Shown: piece after piece, positions 10,300 through 24,045 of the stretch
Layout: the number at the start of each line of letters is the position of its first letter
Numbering within the stretch: the first letter of the stretch is position 1
Source: Mobula birostris
Taxonomy: Eukaryota
Assembly: GCF_030028105.1 (NCBI RefSeq)
Contig: NC_092401.1
Coordinates: forward strand, 7,908,984 to 7,972,983
Direction of reading: 5' to 3'
Length of the DNA stretch: 64,000 nucleotides
Position numbers and translations under genes: made by a program
Notes under the pieces: model-generated
Seen by the model: only the letters and a program-made list of their open reading frames with translations
What the model was told of the DNA's origin: nothing
Database searches by the model: none

Positions 10300-11585
10300 T
10301 AGATTAGATTAGATTAGGTTCAACTTTATTGTCATTGTGCCGAGTACAGATACAAAGCCAAGGAAATGCGTTTAGCATTTGACCAGAAATGCAAAGAATA
10401 GTGTTATTTACAAAATAACTGTGAATAAAAAAGTGCCACAGCACACAAATATAAAAGTACTGAGACAGTACAATATTGGTGCTATACTGCTTAGTGCTGT
10501 GATGAGAGGTTCAGCAGTGTCACAGCCTCAGGGAAGAAGCTCTTCTTGTGCCTGCTGGTGCGGGAGCGGAGGCTCCTGTAGCGCCTACCAGATGGGAGGA
10601 GAGTAAAAAATCCATGGTTAGGGTGAGATGCATCCTTGATAATGCTTATCACCCTGCCCAGGCAGTGCTTATGGTAGATGTTCTCAATGGTGGGCAATTA
10701 GGTGCCGATAACCTGCTGGGCAGTTTTCACCAAATGCAGGGTGCTTTGCGGTCCAATACAGGACAATTGCCATACCATACCGAGATGCAGTTGGTGAGTA
10801 TGCTCTCAATGGTACAGCGGTAAAAGTTCGTCAGTATCCTGGGATAGAGGTGAGCTTTCTTGATGCTCCGCAGGAAATAAAGACGCTGTTACACCTTTTT
10901 GATCAGGATGGAGGAGTTCAGGGACCAAGTGAGATCCTCAGAAATGTGGACACCATGGAATTTGAAGCTTGATACACGTTCCACTACAGTTCCGTTCATG
11001 TAGATGGGGACGTGAGTGTGACTCCTGGCATGCCTGAAGTCCACAATCATCTCCTTGGTCTTCTGGGTGTTAAGGGCCAGGTTGTTGTCGATCAGGTGCT
11101 GGACCTCATCCCTGTAAGTCGTCTCGTCATCCCCTCTGATCAGACCAACCACTGTGGTGCCGTCTGCGAACTTGATTATGGAGTTAGAACCATGTACAGG
11201 AATGCAGTCATAGGTGAAAAGGGAGTACAGAAGAGGGCTCAGCACACGGCGTTGAGCCACGCCGGTGTTCAGGGTGAGAGTGGAGGAGGAGAGGTTGTCT
11301 AACTTCACTGATTGGGGTCTGTTAGTCAGAAAGTCCAAGGTCCAATTGCAGAGGGATACGCTGATACCAAGCTGGCGAAGTTTGGCGATCAGCTTGGAGG
11401 GGATCACAGTATTGAATGCCGAACTAAAGTCAATAAACTGTATTCTGACGTAAGAGTTGGGGCTGTCCAGATGGGTCAGGGCAGAGTGAAGTGCTGTGGA
11501 GATGGCATCCTCTGTTGACCTGCTGGTGCGATAGGCAAATTAATGGGGGCCCAGGGTAGAGGGCAGACAGGATTTCAGACATGAT
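10300..11585 (-). mobile_element. Rex1/Babar-type LINE 3' part
   Basis: ORF 10889-11407 ([10 protein letters not shown]...[14 protein letters not shown]); tail identical in type to 7650. Confidence 0.9.
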
Positions 11586-11624
11586 AGAACCAGTTTACAG
11601 AGTGTATAAGATTTCTAAACCTGT

Positions 11625-11909
11625 TTTTTTTGATGAGATACAGTGCAGACAAGGCCCATCAGTCTCTTTGAGCCACACTGCCCAACAATCCCCTGATTTA
11701 ATCCCAGCCTAATCACGGGACAATTTACAATAACTAATAAGTTGATGAACCAATGCATCTTTGGACTTTGGGAGGAAACCAGAGCACCCAGAAGAAACCC
11801 ATGTGGTCACGGGAAAAATACAAACTCCTTACAGGCAGGGGCAGGAATTGAACCTGCGACGCCTGTACTGTAAAGCATTGTGCTAACCACTATGCTACCG
11901 TGCCACCCC
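11625..11909 (-). mobile_element. tRNA-derived V-domain SINE (HE1-like)
   Basis: Reverse complement has A box, B box gttcaattcc and cc(a)aagtccaaag core. Confidence 0.85.
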
Positions 11910-12039
11910 ATGTTTCTAGATCATTGGGATCTCTTCCATGATGAGAAACCAATGAAAAAACGGATTATTTTTAAACAGTTTTTCGTTTAATGAGAAATAG
12001 TTAATTTGAAGATCTCACAAGGTCCTTCAGAATTTCACA

Positions 12040-12335
12040 TCAAGGCCACAGTTTAGGAATTAGGGGTAGGCCATTTAGAACGGAGTTGAGGAAAAACTTT
12101 TTCACCCAGAGAGTGGTGGATATATGGAATGCTCTGCCCCAGAAGGCTGTGGAGGCCAAGTCTCTGGATGCTTTCAAAAAAGAGATGGATAGAGCTCTTA
12201 AAGATAGTGGAATCAAAGGTTATGGGGATAAGGCAGGAACTGGATACTGATTGCGGATGATCAGCCATGATCACAGTGAATGGCGGTGCTGGTTCGAGGG
12301 GCCGAATGGCCTACTCCTACACCTATTGTCTATTA
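12040..12335 (+). mobile_element. CR1 LINE 3' end
   Basis: aggaaaaactttttcacccagagagtggtgg...ggcctactcctacacctattgtctat. Confidence 0.85.
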
Positions 12336-13671
12336 AAGGTCATTTAGCTCAATTTGAAACCAGGATCTTAAATCTAAAGGAAGCAAATTGGAGAAGTCAT
12401 GAGCTGTGAGATGACTAAAATAGATTTGGAAACTAACTTAAAATATTTGACAATAAACCAGAAATGGATAGCTTTTCAAAGAATTTATGTAAAGTTGTAA
12501 ACTATATATTTATCTCTCATTAAGGCACAAAAAAGAGAAGAGTTCTGATCGTGGCTGGCGAGAGAAGTCAAGGGTTGTATTAGATCACAGGACAAGGCTG
12601 ATTACAATGCCAGAACCAGAGGTTTGGGAAATCAGCAAAGGAGGACCGAGGCTTTATAGTGAAAAGTGGGGCAGAATACAGGAACAAACTGACACAGAAT
12701 ATGAAAGCAGGCAGTAAGAGATTCTTCAGTGAGAAAGCTCAAACCTCAAGGCCTGTTGTGGTTCAAGGAGGCAGCTCATCGTCACCATCTCAGGGCAGCG
12801 AGGGATGGGCAATCAAATGCTGGCTCAGCCGCAAAACCCACTTCCCTTGAATGAATATATAAAGAAAATTGATGTCGGTCTTTTGCAGGCTGAAGCGGGT
12901 GGGGGGAAATCCTGTGAGAGAAGGAATTGACAGAGGTGTCAGTGAAAAACACTGAGAGGGAGGGACTGAGCTAACTAAAAGTCTGCAGTTCCTGATGAAC
13001 TGCATCTGACAGTTTTGAAGAGGTGACCAAGTATGGATATGCTGGTTGACACTGATCTGAAAGCATTTCCTACAGGCTGGAAGATAGCAAACAGATCCCC
13101 AGTATTTAAACAAGTATGACCTAATGGCCTTCATCTTCAGCACCACTTTCCTGCACTAATCTCTACTGCTGTCTGGGTGAAGATTTCTTTTTGTTTTTGT
13201 CCTGAAAGGCTTAAAGCCTTATTTTGAGGATGTCACCCTAACAAGGTGGCAGGGGGAGCAGCCAATAAAATTCAAATACACTAGTAAGGGTCAAGCAAGG
13301 TCTCAGGAAATTCAGCACGCTCTCTGAAAACTGCAGGAGGCCTGCCCACAACTGCTTGGCCTAAAGGAACTTGGCCAAGCCCAGGGCTGTCAGAGAGCCC
13401 AGGCTGAGTCTCAGGAAACAGAGTCTGCTCCACCTTATGCACGTCTCCCTTTGTTGTTTGTCTGAAGTTGTTGTTGGTACAGTGTCCTTATGCATCAGCA
13501 CCCTGGACTGTGAAATGGCAGCAACCCATCCCTGACCTGAGTTTGAGTTTTCCTTCACTTTGTTTCTGGAGAGTTGTCTCTGTTCAACGTCATTCCACTG
13601 AACCCGTCTCAGACTGTGAACTCACTGTCTGGGTGTGAAGTGAAAATCCATTTCCCAGCATGCAATCACCA

Positions 13672-14430
13672 TAAGATGATAAGACCATAAGACAAAGGAG
13701 CAGAAGTCAGCCATTCGGCCCATCGAGTCTGCTCTGCCATTTTATCATAAGCTGATCCATTCTCCCATTTAGTCCCACTGCCCCGCCTTCTCACCACAAC
13801 CTTTAATGCCCTGGCTGCTCAGATACCTATCAATCTCTGCCTTAAATACACCCAAAGACTTGGCCTCCACTGCCGCCCATGGCAACAAATTCCATAGATT
13901 CACCACCCCCTGGCTAAAAAAATTTCTTCGCATTTCTGTTCTGAATGGGTGCCTTTCAATCCTTAAGTCATGCCCTCTCGTACTAGACTCCCCCATCATG
14001 GGAAACAACTTTGCCACATCCACTCTGTCCATGCCTTTCAACATTCGAAATGTTTCTATGAGGTCTCCCCTCATTCTTCTAAACTCCAAGGAATACAGTC
14101 CAAGAGCGGACGAACATTCCTCATATGTTAACCTTCTCATTCCCGGAATTATTCGAGTGAATTTTCTCTGTACCCTCTCCAACGTCAGCACATCCTTTCT
14201 TAAATAAGGAGACCAAAGTACTCACAGTACTGCCCACAGTACTCCAAGTGAGGTCTCACCAGCCCCTTATAGAGCCTCAACATCACATCCCTGCTCCTAT
14301 ACTGTATTCCTCTAGAAATGAATGCCAACATTGCATTTGCCTTCTTTACCACTGACTCAATCTGGAGGTTAACCTCAAGGGTATCCTGTACGAGGACTCC
14401 CAAGTCCCGTTGCTTCTCAGAACTTTGAAT
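13672..14430 (-). mobile_element. CR1 LINE 3' part
   Basis: ORFs 13769-14191 and 14200-14445 (LVRPHLEYC, RMRGDLIETF). Confidence 0.9.
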
Positions 14431-15049
14431 TGCCACCTCATACATGGCAATATCTTTCTATTGAGGTTACTTTTTATTTCTCCTTTAAATGTTCTGTTAT
14501 CAGGTGTGTTTGGAACAAAAGATGCCATGACCACTTGTTCTGTACTCCTCTGTTTTCTGAATACACAGCAAGACAATGTGAAGCCCCATTGCTGGACATT
14601 CAGGATCTGATCTGTGATCCTGTCAGTAAGTGCAGTCCTGTTGGTCTGTACACTTGGTTAAAATCTACATCATGCCACCATTGTACAAGTCATAACTTGC
14701 AGCTAGATGCCTGTATAACTCATAGTGAAACAAAAATAGATGAAAATTTGACTGAAATTCTTATTCCTTAGGTGCTGTGGTTTCTTAGTGTCAGAGCTGA
14801 ACCTTTCAAACTGACAACAGGCTGGAAAGGAAGCCTTGAGAAGTTTGTTTACTTGACAAAGAGACTTCTGGTCTGTATTAGTGTTATGTGTTACACCTGT
14901 TACCACGTCAGCACATTAACAGCAAGATGACTCTAGTGCAGCTCAAATGGTGTGAAAATTAGTGGAAAACTAGATAACAAGTTTTAACATGCTGAAAAAC
15001 TCAATACAAAACTTGTCCTGCTTCAAAACATCTTCGCTCTGCTAAGGGT

Positions 15050-17230
15050 TAGATCAGAATAAGAATCAGGTTTAATATTGCCGGCATATGTCGTGAAATT
15101 TGTTAAATTTACAGCAGCAGTACAATGAAATGCATGACAAATAAACAGAGAGAATTAAACTGAGTTACAGTAAGTTTATATATGTCTATTAAATAGTTAC
15201 GTTAAAACAAGTAGTGCAAAAAACAAGTAAAAAAGTAGTGAGGTAGTGTTCATGTGTGCAACATCCATTCAGAAATCAGATGACAGAGGGGAAGAAGCTG
15301 TTCCTGAATCATTGAGTGTGTGCCTTCAGGCTCCTGTACCTCCTACCTGATGGTAGCAATGAGAAGAGGGCATGCCCTGGGTGGTGAGGACCCTCAGTGA
15401 TGGACTCCGCCTTCCGAAGGCACCACTCTTTGAAGATGTCTTGGATACCACGATGGTTGATGCCCAGGATGGAATTGACTAATTTTACAAGTTCCTGCAA
15501 CTTATTTCAATCCTGTGCTGTAGCCACCCCACCCCCCACCATCCCAGATGGTGGGCAGCCAGTCAGAATGCTCTCCATGGTACATTTGTAGAAATTTATT
15601 TGACAAACCAAATCTCCTCAAACTCCTAATGAAGTATAATGAAGCCACTGTCTTGCCTTCTTTATAGCTGTATCAATATGTTGGGTCCAGGTTAGATCCT
15701 CACAGATATTAACACCCATGAACTTGAAATTGCTCACTCTCTCCACTTCTGATCCCTCTATGAGGATTGGTTTGTGCTCCTTCGCCTCACCCTTCACAAT
15801 CAGCTCTCTGGTCTCGGTGATGTTGAGTGCAATGTTGTTGCTAACCGGTATACCTCACTCCTGTACACCCTCATCTCCATCTGAAATTCTGCCAACAATG
15901 GTTGTATCATCAGTAAATTTAGAATGCTGTTTGAGCTATGCTAACCACACTGTCATGGGTGTAGAGAGAGTAGAGCAGTGGGCCAAGAAACATATTCCTG
16001 TGTAAACTGTCAGTGAGGTGGAGATGTTACTTCCAATCAGCACAGATTGTGGCCTTTCGTAGGAAGTCGAGAATCCAGTCGCAGAGGGAGGTACAGAGGC
16101 CGAGGTCTTGTAGCTTTTCGATCAGGACTGTAGGAATGATGGTGTTGAATGCTGAGCTACAGTCAATGAACAGCATTCTGACATCAGTATTTGCGTTGTC
16201 CAGGACATCCAAGGCTGCCTGGAGAGCCATTCAGATCACATCTGTTGTAGACCTGTTGTGGCTGTAGGCGAATTGCAGTGGGTCCAGGTTTTTCCTGAGC
16301 CAGGTGCTGATTCTAGCCGTGACCAACCTCTCAAAGTATTTCATCACTGTACATGCACATGTGAGCTCTACTGGACGATAGTCATTGAGGCATCTCACAC
16401 TGCCCTTCTTGGACACTGGTATAATTGTTGCCCTTTTGCAGCATGTGGGAAATTCTGACCGTAACAATGAAGGATTGAAAATGTCTTTGAGCACTCCTGC
16501 CAGTTGTTGGCTCAGGTTTTCAGAGCCTGGCCTGGGACTCCATTGGGCCCTGCTTCCTTGTGAGGGTTCACCGTCTTTAAAGACAGCCTGATGCCAGCCT
16601 CTGAGACAGACGTCACAGTGGCATTGGATGCTGCAGGTTTTCTCATAGCTGTGGTTTTATTTTCATTTTCAAAGCGAGCATAAAAGGTGTTGATCTCGTC
16701 TGGTACTGAAGCATCGCTGCCATTCATAATGTTGGGTTTTGCTTTGTAGGAAATAATATCCTGCAACTCCTACCAGAGTTGACATGTATCTAATATTACC
16801 TCCAACCTCTCCCTGAATTGTTTCTTGGCTCTTGAAATAGTTCTTTGTAAGTCATACCTGGTTTTCTTGTACAGACCTGAGTCACCAGACTTAAATGCCA
16901 CTGATCTAGCCTTCAGCAGACTACAAATCTCCTGGTTCACCCACAGCTTTTGGTTTGAGAATGTACAGTAAGCCTTCATAGGCACACACTCGTCCACACA
17001 GGTTTTAATGAAGTCAGTGACAAGTGGGGCATACTCATCCAGGCTTGAAGATAACTCCCTGTACACAGTCCAAAGCAGCCCTGTAGGTGCTCCTGTGTCT
17101 TCCTGGTCCATACCTTCTTGGTCCTCATTACTGGTGCTGCAGTCTTTAGTGTCTGCCTATACTCGGGGAGTAGAGGTACAACCAGATGATTAGACTTCCC
17201 AAAGTGCAGGTGTGGGACACGATTGCACTT
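15050..17230 (-). mobile_element. Rex1/Babar-type LINE, about 2.2 kb, frameshifted
   Basis: ORFs [30 protein letters not shown]. Confidence 0.9.
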
Positions 17231-18039
17231 AGTGTAATAGTGGTTCAGTGTGTTATTTCCTCTATACTAGTTATTCAGATGATTCAATCAAGACTATTAT
17301 TAAATTACCAATGAATTGATTTTGGATTTAAGTAGGGAGTGCTTAGAGAAAGATTTGCATTTATGGGTTACAGTGATTAAGGGGCACATTGCACAGAGTC
17401 AGAAACAGAATGAGAAGGTCTCAGGATAGAGAGTACTCTTTGAAATCAAGGAGAGTCAGAGAATAGACAATATCTAGAGGTGGAAGGTAGCTTACAAGGC
17501 ACCTGAAAACAGGATTAACTACATGCAGGGAGAGAGAGGCCAGCAAGTGCATTTAAACACAGAAAGGACAGTATAAATCTGGCATTTCATCCAGTTTTAA
17601 TTAACTATGTGAATGAGTTCTGAGCTGTGCTGTTTGAGCCTTACCTCATTTCCCCTGATGTAGAAATTCCAACCAAACTTACCATAGGAATCGCTGCTGA
17701 CATTCCTACCTTCTGCTATAAGTCTGAACTTGGAGGTGAATGCAATTGGTTAGTGTGCAGATGATACAAAGATTGACTGTTTTGTTGACAGGAGTGTTAT
17801 CGGCTGCTGGGTGATATTGATGAGCTGGTAATGTGGGCAGAGGCATGACTGGTGGAATTTAATCTCAGTTGGCATGAACACAGTGGCCAATGGGAACATC
17901 TCTGTGTTGTGTCACTCTGTGACCAATTTACTACTGAACAGGACAAGGGCCATGACTACTTTTAAGGCAATCCAGGAGTAACAGATTTTAACTGGAGGAC
18001 GTGACTCAGCAAAGAACTTAATGTGGCTGAGTTGAAGAA

Positions 18040-19240
18040 GACCAAAGACTGGTGTCTAGAGAGATTGATGGTGGTAGTGCAGTGGATGTTGTCTACATGG
18101 ATTTTAGTAAGGAATCTGACCAAGTTCTTCCTGGGAGGCTAATCCAGAAGATTAAGATGCATGGGGTCTGGATTGGGTGTTTGCATTCAGAACTGGCTTG
18201 CCAATAGGTGACAGAGGGTAGTGGTTGAAGAGACTTATTCAAGCTGCAGGTCTGTAACTAGTGGAGTTCTGCAGGGATCTCTGCTGGGACCTCTACTGTT
18301 TGTGATGACCTGGACGAAAATGTGGATGAGTGGGTTGTAAGTTTGCAGATGATATCAAGATTGGTGGAGTTGTGGTGAGTGTAGAGGACTGGCAAAGAAT
18401 ACAGCACAACATAGATCAGTTGGAGATACGAGCAGATAAATGGCAGATGGAGTTTAACCCTGATAATGTGAGGTGTTGTACCTTGGTAGGGCAAATGCAA
18501 GGAGACAGTACACAGTTAAGGGCAAGATCCTTAACAGTGATGCTGAGTAGAGAGATCTTGGGATCGAAGTTCACCGTCCCTTGAAAGTGGCTACACAGGT
18601 TGATGAAGTGGTTAAGAAGGTTTATGGAACGCTTGTTTTTATTAGTCGAGGCACTGAGCTCTAAAGTCAGGGGAATATGTTGCAACCTTACAAAACTGAT
18701 TAGGCCACATCTGGAGTATTACATACTGTTCTGGTTGCCCCACGATATGAAGGATGTTGAGGCTTTGAAGAGGTTTACCAGGATGTTGCCTGGTTCAGAG
18801 GGCATGTGCTATCAAGACAGGCTGGATAAACTTCGTTTGCTTTCTCTGGATCGCCCAAGGCTGAGGGGTGATCTGACAGAGAACTACAAGAGAGGCAGAC
18901 ACAAGGTGGATAAAGGGTATCTGTTTTCTGGGGGGTTGAAACATCTAGTGCCAGACGGGTGGCATTGAATGTGAGAGGGGACAGGTTCCAGGTGGATGTA
19001 AGGAGTAAGTTTTTTGCTCAGTGTGGTGAATGCCTGGAATACGCTGCCTGGTATGGTGGTAGATGCCAATACATTGGAGGTTTTTAAGAGACGTTTGGAT
19101 AGGCACATGGATGTAAGGAAGATGGAGGGATATGGACATGGTGTAGATCAGAGGGATTGGTGTTTGGGTGTTTTTGATTTGTTTTTTATCTGGTTCAGGC
19201 CAAATGGCCAGTTCCTGTGCTGTCGCTTCTATGTTCTATG
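18040..19240 (+). mobile_element. CR1 LINE RT to 3' end
   Basis: KFADDIKIGG, LIRPHLEY, RFTRMLPG fragments. Confidence 0.85.
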
Positions 19241-19276
19241 AAGCACTGGGTGGCTGGTTCTGGTGCACAGTCTTGA

Positions 19277-19575
19277 GGGCACCACAATGGCCTAGCGGTT
19301 AGCACAACGCTATTACAGATCAGAGCGTCAGGAGTTCAGTCCTAATGTCCTCTGTAAAGCATCTGTACGTCCTCCCCGTGGAGTGCGTGGGTTTTCCCCA
19401 GGTGCTCTGGTTTCCTCCCACAGTCCAAACACGTACTGGTTATGAGGTTAATTGTTCTTTGTAAACTGTTCCGTGATGAGTCTAGGATTAAATCAGTGGG
19501 TTACTGGTGGTGTGGCTCGAAGGGCTAGAAGAGCCTGTTCTGTACTGTATCTCAATAAATAAAAACAATAAAAAA
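19277..19575 (+). mobile_element. tRNA-derived V-domain SINE (HE1-like)
   Basis: tggcctagcgg A box, gttcagtcc B box, cccacagtccaaa core, aataaa tail. Confidence 0.85.
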
Positions 19576-20247
19576 TAGATGGTGAGAAATGTCTGCAGAA
19601 CCCTGTGGGTGTTGGACATTGTACCTGATGTGTGATCAAGCACACTGGAGTAAGACATGGCTTCAGTTACTTCCAACACCAACCATGGTGTGAAAAGATT
19701 CTTCTTACCAACATTGATGTTTAATCGTGCTTCATTGACAAAATAGATTTTCTTCAAAATATACATTCACTTCATTAAAATTTACTTATACAAATGTGTT
19801 GACTAGAAATAGCCCTTTTATATCAATATCTACAATGTTGCTGAGTGGTAGGAACATGAACAGCAGTGCTGAAAATATTGTCTGCACAAGACATGGTTTA
19901 TGGATGTCTATGTAATGAAACACACAATAAATATCCAGTCACCAGCTGCAACAAAAGCTTAAAGATAATGACAGTGAAACACGTACTGATATACTTGTAA
20001 TGCTGTAACAGAAACTGTTTATAATACAGTATAAAGTATTTGCAGTTCGATTGAGTCCACAATGTAGTTATGTAAAAACAGTAAGCTCAAGGCAGTGAAA
20101 AGTAGTGAGCCTGATTATTTTGATTTCAGAAACAGAACTGGGTGAGTCCAAAACTGAGGCAGAAATGAGATGAATTTAACACAAAAAGTAATTCAGAAAT
20201 AATTAAGAGTTACAGGAATAAAATGGACATCTGACAGTTAATATATC

Positions 20248-20392
20248 ACACTGGGGTACAGTAATGGTGGAGACAGGTCTGTAGTTATAACTCTGGGATG
20301 CAGTGCTGGTGGGGACAGGTCTGTAATTGTGTAACACTGGGGTACAGTAATGGTGGGGATGTGTTTGTCACTGTATAACACTGGTGTAGAGC
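20248..20392 (+). repeat. ~42-44-bp minisatellite, about 3.3 copies
   Basis: acactggggtacagtaatggtgg(a/g)gacaggtctgt units. Confidence 0.75.
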
Positions 20393-20433
20393 ATTCCACA
20401 CACTGTCAGATTCTGCTCTAACTCTATTTTTAC

Positions 20434-20513
20434 CAGTGGTTCCCACCTGGGGGTTCACGGACCCCTCAGTTAATGGTAGGGGTCCATGGCATCAAAAAGG
20501 TTGGGAACATCTG
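20434..20513. mobile_element. 80-bp hAT-type MITE
   Basis: cagtggttccc...ggttgggaacatctg. Confidence 0.65.
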
Positions 20514-20614
20514 ACTTACAGGTTGCGTAGCGGGCCGTATCACAGGAAGGAGACAGATAGAAAAATAACTGAGTCAGTGTACAGGAAGGAGACAGATAGG
20601 CAACAACCCTTCGC

Positions 20615-21405
20615 AGTTCAGGCAACACCAAGAGCTGGTCAATGATTTCAGGAGGTCTGGGTGGGATTTGGCCGGTGGAGGGTGGTGGGGTGCACACGCT
20701 CCTGTCTGCATAACCTGTGGTTGAGACTGTTAAGGACTTGAAGTTCCCAGCAGTGTGGATGAGTCTGTCCTTGCCCATCCTCACAGATCCCATGGCCAGG
20801 AAATGTCACCAATGCCTCTACCTCCCCAGGAGGCTAAAGAAAGTAGATGTGACCCCATTGACGCTGACCGATTTTTAATATGGTGCAGCATGGGAAACAG
20901 CCTCTCCTGGCTTGGTATGACAACTGCTCTGCCCATGAACACAAGAAATTGCAGAGGGTGTGGACACAGCTCAGCACATCATGGAAACCAGCCTCCCTTT
21001 CAGAGACTCTGTCTACACGTCTCACTGCCTGAGTAAAGCAACTGGCATCGTCAAAGATCCCTCCCACCTCGGACATTCTCTCTTCACCCCTCTCCGTATG
21101 GGCAGGAGATACAAGAGTCTGAAAGCACATAGCACAGGCTCAGGGACTGCTTCTACCCCACTGTTTCAGTACAATAGACTCTTGACCTCACAACCTGCCT
21201 CATTATGCTCTTGTACCTTATTTTCTGCCTGCACTACGCCCTCTGTCACTGTTACACCTTACTCTGTGTTCTGATATTGTTTTCCCTCGTACTGCCTCAG
21301 TGCACTGTGTGATGAATTGATCTGTATGTACAGTAACCAAGACAAGCTTTTCACTGTATCTCTGTACATACGACGATAATGCACTCATTCCAATTCCAGT
21401 CCCAG
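20615..21405 (+). mobile_element. Rex1/Babar-type LINE 3' part
   Basis: IVKDPSHLGHSLFTPLRMGRRYKSLKA motif. Confidence 0.75.
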
Positions 21406-23106
21406 AGAACAAGCTCCTCTGGCAGTAACCACAATTTCAATGGATTCTCAGAACTATTCTGGCTGCAAGATTATTTGAGTTACTCTCCGTCCCAGATCCG
21501 ACCTTGTTCTAAATGCAGAACATGAACGGTAGTCAAGTGTTTAACAAGGCTGGACAAATATATGCCAATATTTATGCATATTTGACACCATATCGCTACT
21601 CTGAAATTTATTTTTATATTAGTCTTTAATAGTGTTGCTTTTTTGTCACACCAATGCACCACAGCAAATTCCTAATTGTATATGGCAAATAAAATTGATT
21701 CTCTCTTTATTATGGTATTTCTTTATAATGGATAATGATTTGTCCTTCAGGTAAAAAGTATTTTTCCTCAACACTCCCCTCTTCTTCTGTTCCCCACTCT
21801 GACCCTTCAGCTTTTCTCACCTGCCTGTCACCTCCCTCCTGGTGCTCCTCCTCTTTCCCTCTCTCCTCTGAACCACTCTCCTCTCCTATCAGATTCCGCC
21901 TTCTCCAGCCCGTTACCTTTCCCACCTGGCTTCACCTCTCATTTTCTAACTATCCTCCTTCCCCTCAACCTAACTTTCCCCTTCCTTTCCAGTCCTGATG
22001 AAGGGTCTCGACCTGAAAAGTCGACTGTTTATTCATTTCCAGAGGTGCTGCCAGATTTGCTGCGTTCCTCCAACAATTTTTCTGTGTTGCTTACGGTATC
22101 TCCCTGCTTGTCGACAGTGTGAAATGAGAAATGTTAGCCCTGAGAATTGTGTACAGCCAGCTTTTATGGAGAAACAGACCAGCTCTTTTCCATATTTTTC
22201 TGAATGATTTGAACAAACGGAAGATAATTTGTGTAGACTGTAAATGCACCTCTCGACAAACAGGTGGTGTACCACTAAACACTGGAGGTTAGAAGAACCC
22301 TTCTCAATGTGAGTGGAACCAGGATGGCTGCTCTTTCTGAAAATGGAAGACTGTGGAGCTGGAGGCAAAGTTTCGGGGTGAGTGAATGGTCATTTGGAAC
22401 TGAATTAGGGAGGAGTTCCTTCTCTCTGGTTGTGAATTTATTTCAGAGTGCGCTCGGACAGAACGCCACTGACTTCTATTTATAACGCTCTGAGAACCGG
22501 ACATCAATCGACACCAGGGGATGATTAAAAAGCAAGAGAGAGACACCATGTGGTCTGGGAAGGGAACTGCAGAGTTTAATACTGAAGGCAGCTGCAAGCA
22601 CAGCTCCCCCTAGTGCAGGGATGAATCAGCAATGGGCAGTCAGAAAGTCCTCGGGGAGTTGTGTAACTGGAACAGGGATAGAAAGCAATCATATATTAAC
22701 TATTTAAACAAGAGGATGAGAACGTTGCGAAACGAGTTGCCTCACATTTTATCCACTTGTAACATAATATGAAGACAATATTTGTGTCATTTAAGCAAAT
22801 AGTTACCACAGAAGAAGATGATTGCAACATGTGAACAAATCTGTTATCCAACAGTAATTTCCATGAGTGGGACGGAAAGTTGCCAGGCTCAGATGCCCTT
22901 ACTGCTGAAATAGTCTTGATGCCCATGTTCAGGTGGTGACTCCGTGTTCGTAGAAATCCAAATCAACTTTCTGATGAATTGATTCAAAACAACCCGGAAA
23001 TCAACACTCCTGGGAACGAAGTGTCCTTGCATTTAGCACAGTATATGTTGCCGGTAGACTGTAGTATTGGAATCGGCAGTCTCCCTCAGTAACAATATTC
23101 ATTAAA
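21400..23106 (-). other. Probable 3' UTR of the ICAM-family gene; candidate AATAAA at 22442-22437, 21711-21706, 21612-21607
   Basis: Largely non-repetitive sequence downstream of the stop, with TTTATT on the + strand at those positions. The site actually used cannot be determined. Confidence 0.35.
21760..22090 (+). mobile_element. Penelope-like element 3' end, with partly degenerate hammerhead at 21991-22026
   Basis: Pyrimidine-rich tract, then agtcCTGATGAagggtctcgacctGAAAagtcgact. Confidence 0.75.
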
Positions 23107-23384
23107 TTATTGTTTTATCTGTGCAGAATTGATAGATGTAACACCATATATATTAGTTTGTGAGTGGTTATTGTTTAGAACTCCGTCTGAATTCACTTCT
23201 GTTAAAGGAAAAGATTCCTGATCAATCCCAGAAGGGATTTCCTGATTTTTGTGGGGTGCTGCATTCTTGACCTCGTAATGCCCTGTTTTCCGAGCTCTGT
23301 TTCTTAGGATGCAGGCGACGACCAGCATGACTAACAGTATTAGGATGGGTAGCAAGATTGCCAGCACCATCTTCCAATCATCAC
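23107..23384 (-). CDS. ICAM-family gene, terminal exon (transmembrane helix plus cytoplasmic tail)
   Basis: gttccccAG|GT GAT GAT TGG AAG ATG GTG; TM segment MVLAILLPILILLVMLVVACIL, then RNRARKTGHYEV; TAA at 23109-23107. Confidence 0.9.
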
Positions 23385-24045
23385 CTGGGGAACATGCACA
23401 AAAGCCATTACAGAATCATTAACCATCTCAGGCAAATACATCAATTGTAAAACCACTGATCCTTCTGAAAATCCCAGAATTTTGTAGATTTCATGTACCT
23501 TACTGTTTACTCTCCCATGCTTTCTCATTTTCTATATAAACACATACTACACATGAAACATTTTGACATGGCACTTCACAACCAATGAAAATCATTTCTG
23601 AGGAGTAATGACTGAAGGTCAAATTTCACCCAGCAAGACCAGAAACAAACACGTGGCAATGCCATCATCTGCTTTAATAATGCTGATTGAGGGTCAAGTA
23701 GTGACCAGGATTCCATTAGAAATCATCTGCTCTTTGAGTTTGTGTCATTTTGTTTTAGCTACAAGCCTGAGAAAGCAGGCTGTTTAATGCCTCAGCTGGA
23801 AGGCAGCACCTCGGAGAGTGCTCCCTCAGGTTGGAAGCCCGTGATGAGCTGTGTGCCCAGGGTTCAGAGCTAGGCCCATTGCTGTTTGGTCAAGAACATA
23901 CAGGGACATGTTTAGGAAGTTTACAGATGACAAGAAGAATAGGTGGCATTATGGACAGTGGAGGTGGTTATCGGGAATTACAGGGAAATCTTGATCGGCT
24001 ATGTAAGTAGACAGAGGAATAGCAAATGGAGTTTAATTCAGATAC

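Noticed and set aside
19277-19350. tRNA genes at SINE heads
   Set aside because: A and B boxes run into SINE bodies with no complete cloverleaf; the same applies at 11909, 24046, 41636 and 55909.
23130-23290. ITIM/ITSM in the cytoplasmic tail (GHYEV, NIYGV)
   Set aside because: Neither Tyr fits (I/V/L/S)xYxx(L/V/I) or TxYxx(V/I).
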